From Alphaproteobacteria bacterium (GTDB lineage Bacteria; Pseudomonadota; Alphaproteobacteria; CADEGL01): a DNA stretch of 64,000 nucleotides. The DNA is taken from contig CAXXKO010000025.1 of assembly GCA_963666705.2 (NCBI GenBank), positions 160,652 to 224,651 of the forward strand, written 5' to 3'. A program made the translations under genes and the position numbers. Positions 47,656 through 56,891 of this stretch are shown here, one piece after another (position 1 is the first letter of the stretch; every line of letters starts with the position of its first letter). The notes beneath the pieces are model-generated. The model saw nothing but the letters and a program-made list of their open reading frames with translations, did no database searches and had not been told where the DNA came from.

Positions 47656-50416
47656 ATTGTGGGTACTTAGCCAGGATCGCGGCACGCAGGCGGTGGGGCA
47701 GGACCGGGACGGAGGTGATGCGCACGCCGGTCGCATGCCGGATGGCGCCGAGGATGGCGGGCGCCGTCGGCACCAGCCCCGGCTCGCCCACGCCCTTGGC
47801 GCCGAAGGGGCCAAGGGGATCGGGCTCCTCCACGATGATGGTCTCGATCTCCGGCACGTCGCCGAAGGTCGGGATCAGGTAGTCGTGCAGGTTCTCGGTC
47901 CGGCCCGGCACGTACTCCTCCATCAGCGCGAAGCCGAGCCCCTGGGCGATGCCGCCATGGATCTGGCCCTCGACCTGCACCGGATTGATGGCGCGCCCGA
48001 CATCGTGGGCGGCGACGATGCGAAGCACGCGTGTGGTGCCGAGCGCGGTATCCACCTCGACCAGAGCGAGCTGCGCGGCGAAGCCGTAGCATGCGTAGGG
48101 CCGGCCCTGCCCCTTCTCGTCGAGGGGGGTGGCGGGGGGGTCGAAATTCCCCTCGCCGGTCAGCACCATGCCGTCCTGGCCCGGCACGAGGGTGGCGAGA
48201 TCGACCTCGCGCCGCACCTCGCCCTCGGTCACGCGCACGTGGCGGCCGGCGAATTCGATGGCGCCGCCCTCACCCACGTTCGCCTGGCGCAGGAGCCGCG
48301 CGCGCAAGTCCGCGGCCGCGAGGGCGACCGCCCGGCCCGAGACAAAGGTCTGGCGCGAGGCGGAGGTTTTGCCGGCGTCGGACGTCAAGTCCGTATCCGC
48401 CGTCACGAGCCGTATGTCGGCGATCGCGACACCGAGCGAATCGGCGCAGATCTGCGCGAGGATGGTGTTCGAGCCCTGGCCGATGTCCATGGCGCCCGAG
48501 AACAGCGTGACGCCGCCCGCCGCGTCGAGGCCGACGCGCATGGTCGAGGGGTTGGAGAGGCCGGTATTGCCGATGCCATACCACATGCAGCCGATACCGA
48601 CCCCGCGCCGCCGTGTGCCGTTCGCGGCGTTGTGGCCGGCCGCCTCGTCACGCAAGGCCCGCCAGCGCGGGCGCAATGCCTCGAGGCATTGGACGAGCCC
48701 GACGCTCGCCTCGAGGGTCTGGCCCGTGGCCGTGGCGTCACCCGTCCGGATGGCGTTCAAGAGGCGGAACTCGAGCTGGTCCATGCCGAGCTTCGCCGCG
48801 AGGTCGTCCATCAGCGTTTCGTGGGCGATGGCGGCCTGGGGTACGCCGAAGCCGCGGAAGGCGCCGCAGGGCGGCGCATTGGTGTGCCAGGCCCGCCCGC
48901 GCGCGGCCAGGTGGGGCACGCGGTAGGGGCCGCTCGCGTGGACCGGCACGCGCCCCGCCACCGTCGGCCCCCAGGAGGCATAGGCGCCGGTATCGAAATC
49001 GGCCAGCGCCTCGACCGCCGTGAGCCGCCCGTCCGCGTCGCAGCCGAAGCGCGCGGTGATGCGCGAGGGGTGGCGCTTGGTGGAGGACGCCATGCTCTCG
49101 GGCCGGTGATAGACGCAGGCGACCGGCCGGTCCACCAGCCAGGCGGCGAGGGCCACCACGGGCTGGACCGAGAGGTCGAGTTTGCTGCCGAAGCCGCCGC
49201 CGCAGACGGTGGCGGCGATTCGCACCCGGTCCGCCGGCAGGGCCATGATGTTGGCGACCTCGTCGCGGTGCATGTGGGGCGCCTGGGTGGTGGTGTGGAT
49301 CTCCACGCGCTCGCCCACCCGCACGGCCCAGCCGGCCTCGGGCTCGATATAGGCGTGTTCGACGAAGGTGGTCTCGAACTTGCCTTCGGCCATGTGCGCG
49401 GCGGCGGTGAGGGCCTGCCCGGCATCGCCCTTGATGACGCCGCCGTCGATCAGCAGGTTGTCCGGCTTGTCGTCGAATAGGCGCGGCGGGTCCGCGGCCA
49501 TGGCGGCGTCGAGGCCGCGCACGGGATCGAGCGGCTCGTAGGCGATCGGTACCGCGGAATCCGCGAACGCCTCGACCGCGGCGCGCTCGCCCACGAGGGC
49601 CAGCACCGCCTGGCCCTGGTAACGGACGACGCCGTCGGCGAGCACGGGCTGGTCCTTGATGTGGGGGTAGATGCCGAAGCCGTTGAAGGGCACGTCGGCC
49701 GCCGTCAGCACGCGGACGAGCCCAGGATGATCGGCGAGGAAAGGGCCAAAGTCGGCAATCGTGAAGCGTGCGAAGGGGTGCGGGGAGCGAACGACCCGCA
49801 GCCACAGCGCGTTCGCCGGTATGGCATCGGCGCCATAGGATTCCGCCCCCGTCAACTTGGGGATGCCGTCCACCTTGGCGATGCGCGCACCCACGGCGGC
49901 GCCAGCGGGCGCCGCGACCGGCTGGGCGGTGCCCGCCACGTCGAGCACCGCCTCGACGATCTTGCGGTAGCCCGTACAACGGCAGAGGACGCCGCCCAAC
50001 GCATCCTCGACCTCGGCCGCCGCCGGTGCGGGGTTGCGCGCCAGAAGCTCGCTCGCCGCCATCAGCATGCCGGGCGTGCAGATGCCGCACTAGGCCGCGC
50101 CGTGGTGGTGGAAGGCGGCCTGGAGGGGGCAGAGCCGCCCGTCCCCGGCAAGGCCCTCGACCGTCGTCACCCGCCGCCCTTCCGCTTGGCCCAGGGCCAC
50201 GAGACAGGCGCAGACCTGCGCCCCGTCGAGGAGCACGGTGCAGGCGCCGCAGTCGCCCGCGTTGCAGCCGACCTTGGTGCCGGTGAGCCCCAGGCTATCG
50301 CGCAGGGCATCGGCGAGGCGGGTCATCGGTGGCGCGGCCACGGCCACGGCGCGGCCGTTGACCGTCAGGCGCACGGCCGCCGCCGGCGCCAGGGACCAGG
50401 CGGCCGCGTCGCTCAT
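47639..50416 (-). pseudogene. Fused [2Fe-2S]/molybdopterin-binding subunit of a xanthine-dehydrogenase-family hydroxylase, with an in-frame TAG
   Basis: MSDAAAW...GCNAGDCGACTVLLDG...LQAAFHHHGAA, then TAG (50090-50092), then CGICTPGMLMAASELL...GVLCRCTGYRKI, then a ~770-aa MoCo-binding body, all in one frame. The 3' end is rewritten by IS4 copy 2 (KYPQS-stop becomes KYPQSLLSG-stop). Confidence 0.75.
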
Positions 50417-51248
50417 GCCATCGCCCCCAATTCGTCGAGGCACCGCCGGACGAGGGTGAGTGCCGCGTCCTGGCGATAGGCGGACGACGCGCGGACATCG
50501 TCGATGGGTGAGAGCGGTGCCAGGTGCGCCGCTTGGGCCGCGGCGCCCAGGCCGTCATCGGCCGGTCGGCCGACGAGCGCCGCTTCGAGGGCCGGCAGGC
50601 GCCGGGCCACGGGGGCGCAGGCGCCGACCGCGACCCGCGCACACGGCCGTCCGCGCCGGCCTCGAGCGCGGCGGCGACCATGACGATGGAGATCACCAGA
50701 TACTTGCGCGTGCCCAATTTAAGGAAGTGACCGCGCGCGCCGCCCGGGGGCGCCGGCACCAGGACGGCGGTCACGAGCTGGTCGGGCCGGCGCACCGTCC
50801 GCCGATTGCCGGTGATGAAGCGATCGAGCGCGACCCGCTCGATTCCGGCCGACGAAGACAGCTCCACCGCCGCATCGAGGGTGAGGAGCGGCGGCGCCCC
50901 GTCCGCGGCCGGCGAGGCATTGCAGAGGTTGCCGCAGACGGTGCCGGCATTCTGGATCTGCATCCCGCCGACCTCGCGCGCCGCGCGCTTCAGGCCATCG
51001 AAGGCGGGCGGCAGATCCGCGCGCAACAGCTCGGACCAGGTGGCGAGGGCGCCGATACGCCACTGGTCGTCGCGCAATTCGATGCCCCGCAGGGCGTCGA
51101 GCCCGCTCAGGTCGAGGATATCGTCGGCGGGCGCGTGGCCGACCCGCGCGGGGTAATAGTCGGTGCCGCCGGCAAGGATCGTCGGGCGCCCGTCGCGCAG
51201 GGCATCGAGCGCCTGTGAGACGGATCTGGGACGCAAGTAATCGCCCAT
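50413..51248 (-). pseudogene. FAD-binding subunit (CoxM/XdhB-like) of the molybdenum hydroxylase, frameshifted
   Basis: MGDYLRPRSVSQALDAL...ILAGGTDYY...GTVCGNLCNASPAADG...ISIVMVAAALEAGADGR in one frame. CARVAVGACAPVARRLPALEAAL...DDVRASSAYRQDAAL...LGAMA in another (ORF 50413..50610). The switch is at ~50640-50652. ATGA overlap with the next gene. Confidence 0.7.
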
Positions 51249-51274
51249 TCGCCGCTCTCTCCCCCTTCCGAAAC

Positions 51275-51292
51275 TCGTTCGTATACTAACGA
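51275..51292. promoter_or_regulatory. Near-palindromic 18-mer, candidate MarR operator
   Basis: TCGTTCGTATACTAACGA, 16 of 18 positions self-complementary. Lies 27 bp upstream of the FAD-subunit ATG and 33 bp downstream of the marR-like stop. Confidence 0.4.
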
Positions 51293-51325
51293 TATTTCCC
51301 CGTCGCGGGCAAGTCGTTTTCCCGC

Positions 51326-51784
51326 TCAGGAAATCTTACGGAGTAGTGCCAACAAGGCCTTGCGCTCCGCCGCCGTGAGCGGCTCGAGGGTGGCCGCGCT
51401 GACCGCCCGGCCGCCCTGGATGAGGCGCCCGACCAGCGCTTCCCCCGCGTCCGTCAAGCGCAGGAGCGTGCGCCGCCTGTCGCCCGGATCGGCCTCGGCG
51501 GCGATCAGCGCGCGGCCCACCAGGCGCCGGATGACGCCCTGGATGGTGGCGCGGTCCATGGCCGTGAGGCGGCCCAGGTGGTTCTGGGAAAGCTGCCCCT
51601 CGTCGTGGAGCTTCACGAGGGCGGCGAACTGGGTCGGCGTGACGTTGGGGTCGCCGATCTGCTCCTGGAATATGACGCTCGCCCGCTGGTGGGCGCGGCG
51701 CAGGATATGCCCGACCTGGTCCTCGAGGCGGTAGGCGCGCGCGTCGCCGGGGGCGTCGGATGCCTTGCGGGCCACATCGTTCAT
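51326..51784 (-). CDS. MarR-family transcriptional regulator
   Basis: 152 aa. ...VTPTQFAALVKLHDEGQLSQNHLGRLTAMDRATIQGVIRRLVGRALI..DPGDRR (winged-HTH pattern). Confidence 0.85.
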   Translation of the reverse strand: MNDVARKASDAPGDARAYRLEDQVGHILRRAHQRASVIFQEQIGDPNVTPTQFAALVKLHDEGQLSQNHLGRLTAMDRATIQGVIRRLVGRALIAAEADPGDRRRTLLRLTDAGEALVGRLIQGGRAVSAATLEPLTAAERKALLALLRKIS

Positions 51785-51890
51785 GCACCCGGTTCTAGCA
51801 CAAAATCGGCGGCCACCGCGGGCCGCGTTACCGCGTCCCCATTAGGACGTATGCTACGGGCCGCCGTGGCATCAACAGCGAGAGGGAATC

Positions 51891-52730
51891 ATGCAAGCGA
51901 CAGTCCTGGAATTGATCGGATCGCTGAGCGATCTGGTCGTCACCTACGCGCTCGACGTGCTCGGCGCGATCGTGCTGCTCATCGGCGGATGGATCGTCGC
52001 GGGCTGGGCGCGCCGCGCCGCCAAGAGGGGCCTCGACCACATCACGGGCATGGAGGAAACGCTCAAGCCCTTCATCGCCGCAAGCGCGCGCTACGCGGTG
52101 CTGATCTTCGTGCTGGTCGCCGTCCTGGCCCAGTTCGGGGTCCAGACCGCAAGCATCGTGGCCGTCCTGGCCACGGCCGGCCTGGCCATCGGCCTCGCCC
52201 TCCAGGGCACGCTCTCGAACGTGGCGGCGGGCATGATGCTGCTCTTCATCCGGCCACTGCGCGCGGGCGAGTTCATCTCCGCCGCGGGCGTCGCCGGCAC
52301 CGTGACGGAAGTGGGCCTCTTCATCACCGTGCTCACGACCTTCGACGGCATATATGTGACGGTGCCGAATTCGCAGGTCTGGAGCTCGGACATCACCAAC
52401 TATTCGCGCCTGCCCACGCGCATGATCAACTTCACCGTCGGCATCGGCTACGGTGACGACATCGACCGGGCGCAAGCGGTGCTGCGGGAGCTGGTGAAGG
52501 GGGACGAGCGCGTGCTCGGCGACCCGGCACCCCAGATCATCGTCACCAACCTCAACTCGAGCTCGGTCGATATCACCATCCGTTGCTGGCTCCAGAGGAC
52601 GGAGTTCTGGGCCTACCTTTGGGACCTCAACAAGGCGGTCAAGCTGCGCCTCGACGGGGCCTCGATCAACATCCCCTACCCCCAGACCGACGTCCATCTC
52701 ATCCAGGCCCAGGACCGGCCGGATCCGTGA
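51891..52730 (+). CDS. MscS-family mechanosensitive channel
   Basis: 279 aa. Three TM helices, then ...IRPLRAGEFISAAGVAGTVTEVGLFITVLTTFDGIYVTVPNSQV... Confidence 0.85.
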   Translation: MQATVLELIGSLSDLVVTYALDVLGAIVLLIGGWIVAGWARRAAKRGLDHITGMEETLKPFIAASARYAVLIFVLVAVLAQFGVQTASIVAVLATAGLAIGLALQGTLSNVAAGMMLLFIRPLRAGEFISAAGVAGTVTEVGLFITVLTTFDGIYVTVPNSQVWSSDITNYSRLPTRMINFTVGIGYGDDIDRAQAVLRELVKGDERVLGDPAPQIIVTNLNSSSVDITIRCWLQRTEFWAYLWDLNKAVKLRLDGASINIPYPQTDVHLIQAQDRPDP

Positions 52731-52881
52731 TCGCGGGAACCTGGACACGCGGCGGCGAAGCGGGCTTCATAGCCCTCCGCTGGCGAGCTCTTCGGCACCC
52801 TGCCAGTGTCTTCGCCGGCCACGGGATGCGCTTCGTGCCCGGGGCCGGATGGGAGCAGGAATTCGAACTGGGGAGGGTTTT

Positions 52882-53280
52882 ATGACGACCGAACGCGAAG
52901 TGATCCGCACCGACCCCAAGCTCGACCTCGGGACCGTGGTGGGCGCGCCGGCCTCGCCGGCCATCAAGGCCAACGGCTTCGTCTTCACGACCGGCTACCT
53001 CTCGATCGACCCCGAGACGGGCCGGCCCGACCAGGGCACCATCGAACACGAGACCAGGCGGACGCTGAAGAACCTCGAGCTGGTGCTGCAAGCCGCTGGC
53101 TCGAGCTTGGGGAAGGTGGTCAAGACCCACATCTTCCTCCAGGACATCGACCGCGACTTCGACGCCATGAACAGGGTCTACCGCGAGTTCTTCACCAGCG
53201 ACTACCCGGCGCGGCGCACGGTCGAGGCCAAGCTGATCCAGGGCTACAAGGTCGAGATCGAGGTCATCGCGCTTGCGTGA
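52882..53280 (+). CDS. ridA: RidA/YjgF-family protein
   Basis: ATG at 52882 after GGGGAGGG. ...ANGFVFTTGYLSIDPETG...TLKNLELVLQAAGSSLGKVVKTHIFLQDI...PARRTVEA. Confidence 0.8.
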   Translation: MTTEREVIRTDPKLDLGTVVGAPASPAIKANGFVFTTGYLSIDPETGRPDQGTIEHETRRTLKNLELVLQAAGSSLGKVVKTHIFLQDIDRDFDAMNRVYREFFTSDYPARRTVEAKLIQGYKVEIEVIALA

Positions 53281-53300
53281 GCGGCGCGCCGGTGGGCCCT

Positions 53301-53924
53301 TCACATCAAGCCATGGATCTTCATCATGCGCTGGATGGCGGAGCGCTCCCGGGCGCGGAACACGAAGCGTACCAGGTTGGGGTAGTTGGAGAGGCGCTTC
53401 AGGCCCTCCAATCCCACCTCGATCCAGGTGCAGTACATGTGCAGCGCGTGGTCGCAGGCGCTGAGCCGCTCGCCCAGGAGCCACGGCCCGTCACCCATCC
53501 GGCCGTCGAGGACGCGGAAGATCTCGTCCACCACCTCGACCGCCTTCGCCTGCACCGAGGGGATGCAGGCCGCGTCCGTCGTATAGCGGTGCGGGTAGTT
53601 GAAAAACTTGGTCGAGGCGTGGACGTGGGCCGGGAAGAAGACCAGCCACTGGTAGAAGTGCGCCCGCATCGGATCGCCCACAGGGGGCGCCAAGCCCGAA
53701 TCAGGGTGGCGGTCGCAGAGATGCATCATGATGGCGGCCGATTCGAACAGGGTGAGGTCGCCGTCCTCGAGCACCGGCACCCGGCGCAACGGATGCTTCG
53801 CCTCGTAGCCCTCGGGCGTGCCGAAGATGTCGATCTCCACGCCCTCATAGTCCGCGCCGATCTCCTCGAGCACCGAATGGGGCGCCATCGAGGCGGTGAC
53901 GGGGCAGTAGTAGTAGCGGTACAT
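53301..53924 (-). CDS. Glutathione S-transferase family protein
   Basis: 207 aa. ...HPLRRVPVLEDGDLTLFESAAIMMHL... (thioredoxin-like GST N-domain), helical C-domain. Confidence 0.75.
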   Translation of the reverse strand: MYRYYYCPVTASMAPHSVLEEIGADYEGVEIDIFGTPEGYEAKHPLRRVPVLEDGDLTLFESAAIMMHLCDRHPDSGLAPPVGDPMRAHFYQWLVFFPAHVHASTKFFNYPHRYTTDAACIPSVQAKAVEVVDEIFRVLDGRMGDGPWLLGERLSACDHALHMYCTWIEVGLEGLKRLSNYPNLVRFVFRARERSAIQRMMKIHGLM

Positions 53925-54070
53925 GGCTGGCCCTCCGTTGTGCGGGCGCGAGCTTGGCCCCGGTGAGCGGCCGAATCAAGGGAGAGGGATTTGCCCGCGC
54001 TTGACAGCGAGCGACCGATTGACGACACCCTCGTCATTCGCTCGCGTGCGCCCGGATTGGGGGACAGCCA

Positions 54071-55179
54071 GTGATCGACGCCGGCAAGTTCCACGATGTC
54101 GCCGAACAGTCCCATACCCTGCCCGCCGCCTGGTACACCGACCCGGGCATCTTCGAGCGCGAGAAGGAAGCCATCTTCTACCGCGGCTGGTGGTACGCCG
54201 GGGCCTTGGAGGACGTGGTCGAGCCGGGCAGCTACCTGACGGCCACGGTCGTCGACCAGGACATCGCCGTGGTGCAGGGGCGCGATGCGGTGCTGCGCGC
54301 GTTCTACAACGTGTGCAGCCACCGGGCGCACCGCCTGTTGGACGGCAAGGGCCGGCGCACCGTCATCGTCTGCCCCTACCACAACTGGTCCTACGAGACC
54401 GACGGCGCCTTCAAGGCGGCGCGCGGAATCGGCGGGTGTGCGATTTCGACCGCGCGGCGGCGGCCCTCAAGCCGGTGCGCGTCGAGGCCCTGGCCGGCCT
54501 CGTCTTCGTCAACCTCGATCCGGGCGCCCGGCCACTCGCCGAGGCCACGGAGGGGATGCTCGCGGACATGCGCGCCCATTGCCCCGGCCTCGACCGGCTC
54601 ACCCTCGCCCACCATGTCGAGGTGCCGACGGCGGCCAACTGGAAGTCCCTCGTCGACAACAACCTCGAATCCTACCACGTGGCGGCGGCGCACCCGGCCC
54701 TCGTCGACCTCCTCGACTACGAGACCTTCGAGGTGTGGGAGCACGAGATCACCACCTGCCACGCCATGACCAATACCAACCCCGACAACCGCGCCTACCA
54801 GGTGGGCGCGAACGATCCCGTTCAGCGCGCCATCTACACCTGGCTGTGGCCCAACACGGCCTTCTTCATCACCCCCGGGCGCAGCAACCTGACCGTCTTC
54901 CACATGGTCCCCGTGGGGCCGGAGACGAGCGTGCAGAGCTTGGATTTCTATTTCGAGGACCGGACCCCGACGGCGGCCGAGCAGCAAGCCCTCGACTACA
55001 CTTGCGACATCCTCATCCCCGAGGATACGGCGATCTACGAGGGTGTGCAGCGCGGCCTGCGCTCGCGCGGCTACGAGCAGGGCCGGCTGGTGGTCAACCG
55101 CGACCGCCCGGAGCTGAGCGAGCACCACGTCCACATGTTCCAGAAGCTCGTGCGCGACGCGCTCCTGGGGGCGGGCTGA
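54071..55179 (+). pseudogene. Rieske [2Fe-2S] aromatic-ring-hydroxylating oxygenase alpha subunit, frameshifted
   Basis: GTG at 54071. CSHRAHRL...CPYHNWSY Rieske motif, ending ...GAFKAARGIGG. The catalytic domain VCDFDRAAAALKPVRVE...NLESYHVAAAHP... continues in the frame of ORF 53923..55179. The switch is at ~54428-54436. Confidence 0.7.
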
Positions 55180-55280
55180 GGGGCCGCCCACGCCGGCCCG
55201 GGCCGCGGTGGCGTCGGCGATGGCGGCGAGGCTTCGCCGCACGGCCGATACGCCCGCACAGCTCTTTTTCAAGTTTACAT

Positions 55281-55328
55281 ATGGGTGGAGACGGGCGATT
55301 ACTGATGGGTGGTGACGGGCGATTACTG
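55281..55328 (+). promoter_or_regulatory. Two tandem 24-bp direct repeats upstream of the LLM monooxygenase gene
   Basis: ATGGGTGGAGACGGGCGATTACTG then ATGGGTGGTGACGGGCGATTACTG, one mismatch. They end 70 bp before the ATG at 55398 and follow an AT-rich TTTTTCAAGTTTACAT. Confidence 0.4.
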
Positions 55329-55397
55329 ACCCCGGCAGCCCCCACGGCGCGGTGGGCGATGCGGCGCTGCCGGGGGGGCACAGAGGGAGCGAAAGCG

Positions 55398-56465
55398 ATG
55401 AAATTCCAGCTCGTCATCAATATGGAGCGCCTGACGCCCGCCACGGACATGGCCGACGTCGTCCGCCACACCACGGAGATGGTGCAGATGGCGGACGAGG
55501 GCGGGTTCGAGATCGCCTGGGCGGCCGAGCACCACGCCATCGAGATGACGATCGCCCCGGGGCCGTTCCAGCTCCTCGCCCATTGGGGCGCGCACACAGA
55601 GCAAATCCGCCTCGGCACCGCCGTGGTGGTGGCGGCCTACTGGCACCCCCTCAAGCTCGCCGGCGAAGTGGGGATGATCGACCTGCTGACGGGCGGGCGG
55701 TTCGAGTTCGGCATCGGCAAGGGCGCCTACCAGCGCGAGTTCGACCGCATGGCGAACGGCATCGACCAGAGCCTGGGCGTGCCCATGATGCAGGAGATGC
55801 TGCCCGTCCTCAAAGGCCTGTGGCGCGGCGATTACCAGCATGACGGCGAATACTGGTCGTTCCCGGCCGCGACGGCCTGCCCCAAGCCGGTGCAGGACCC
55901 GCACCCGCCGATCTGGGTCGCCGCGCGCGACCCCGGCACCTACGACTGGGCGGCCAGGAACGGGTGCGACATCATGTCCTGGGCCCTGACGCGGCCCTTC
56001 TCGGAAGTCGAGACCTACAAGGAGCGGTTCGAGACGGCGCTCGCCAACAACCCCGGACGGGCGCGCCCGCGGTTCATGACCATGCGCTTCACCGGCGTCT
56101 ACGCGAAGCCCGAGGAGAGCGAGGTCTTCATCGACGCCATCGTCGCCCAGGGCCGCCAGTTCGAGAACCTGTTCCGCAACCTCTCCCCGGTCGTGAACGG
56201 CTTCCCCCGGACGGTCGATCCCGAGCTCCTCGTCAACCAGGCGGAATACGAGCCCGCGAACCTGCTCCGCAACCTCATCCTCGGCACCCCCGAGAAGGCT
56301 ATCGCCAAGCTCAAGCCCTACGAGGCGCTGGGGGTGGATTCCTTCTGCTACTGCGCCAGCTACGGCCTGCCCATGGCCGAGCAGAAGAAGTCGCTGCGCC
56401 TCTTCATCGACGAGGTCATGCCGGCCTTCCGCGAGGGGGCGGCCACCGCAATCGCCGCCCAGTGA
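55398..56465 (+). CDS. LLM-class (luciferase-like) flavin-dependent oxidoreductase
   Basis: ATG at 55398. MKFQLVINMERL...GFEIAWAAEHH...RLGTAVVVAAYWHPLKLAGEVGMIDLLTGGRFEFGIGKG. Confidence 0.8.
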   Translation: MKFQLVINMERLTPATDMADVVRHTTEMVQMADEGGFEIAWAAEHHAIEMTIAPGPFQLLAHWGAHTEQIRLGTAVVVAAYWHPLKLAGEVGMIDLLTGGRFEFGIGKGAYQREFDRMANGIDQSLGVPMMQEMLPVLKGLWRGDYQHDGEYWSFPAATACPKPVQDPHPPIWVAARDPGTYDWAARNGCDIMSWALTRPFSEVETYKERFETALANNPGRARPRFMTMRFTGVYAKPEESEVFIDAIVAQGRQFENLFRNLSPVVNGFPRTVDPELLVNQAEYEPANLLRNLILGTPEKAIAKLKPYEALGVDSFCYCASYGLPMAEQKKSLRLFIDEVMPAFREGAATAIAAQ

Positions 56466-56514
56466 CCCGCGGGGCGGGCTCCAAGGTCGCGTTCGCCGAC
56501 GACAGGAGGCAGAC

Positions 56515-56811
56515 ATGACGGTGCAATTCGTGATGCTCGGCACCTACAGCGAGAAGGGGCACAAATACGTCGAGGAGCGCCGCCGCTTCACCCGCGAGCA
56601 AGCCGTCGAGAACGGCCTCGAGGTCGTCAGCCTGGTCTTCACGACCGGCCCTTACGATTTCATCGAGATCTTCACGGTCCCCAGCGAGGAGGCGGCCATC
56701 GCCCAGGTCACCGCTTTCAAGCGCGGCGGCTGGGGCGAGATCCTCCTGGTGCGCGCCTACGACCGCGAGACCATCGACGCGGCGCAAAGCCGCCTGCCGC
56801 CCCTGGATTAG
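56515..56811 (+). CDS. GYD-domain protein
   Basis: 98 aa. MTVQFVMLGTYSEKG...GPYDFIEIFTVPSEEAA... Confidence 0.65.
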   Translation: MTVQFVMLGTYSEKGHKYVEERRRFTREQAVENGLEVVSLVFTTGPYDFIEIFTVPSEEAAIAQVTAFKRGGWGEILLVRAYDRETIDAAQSRLPPLD

Positions 56812-56891
56812 CCCTCCCCACGCGGCGTGACCGGAACGCCGTATGGGTATACGATCCATCCCGTAAGTTCGTTGGCGCGACCCCGGGGGGG

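Noticed and set aside
50090-50092. Programmed recoding of TAG (pyrrolysine or read-through)
   Set aside because: The window has no pyl genes or recoding signals, and the codon replaces a conserved Gln one transition away (CAG). Several neighbouring genes are also broken. A nonsense mutation is the simpler explanation.
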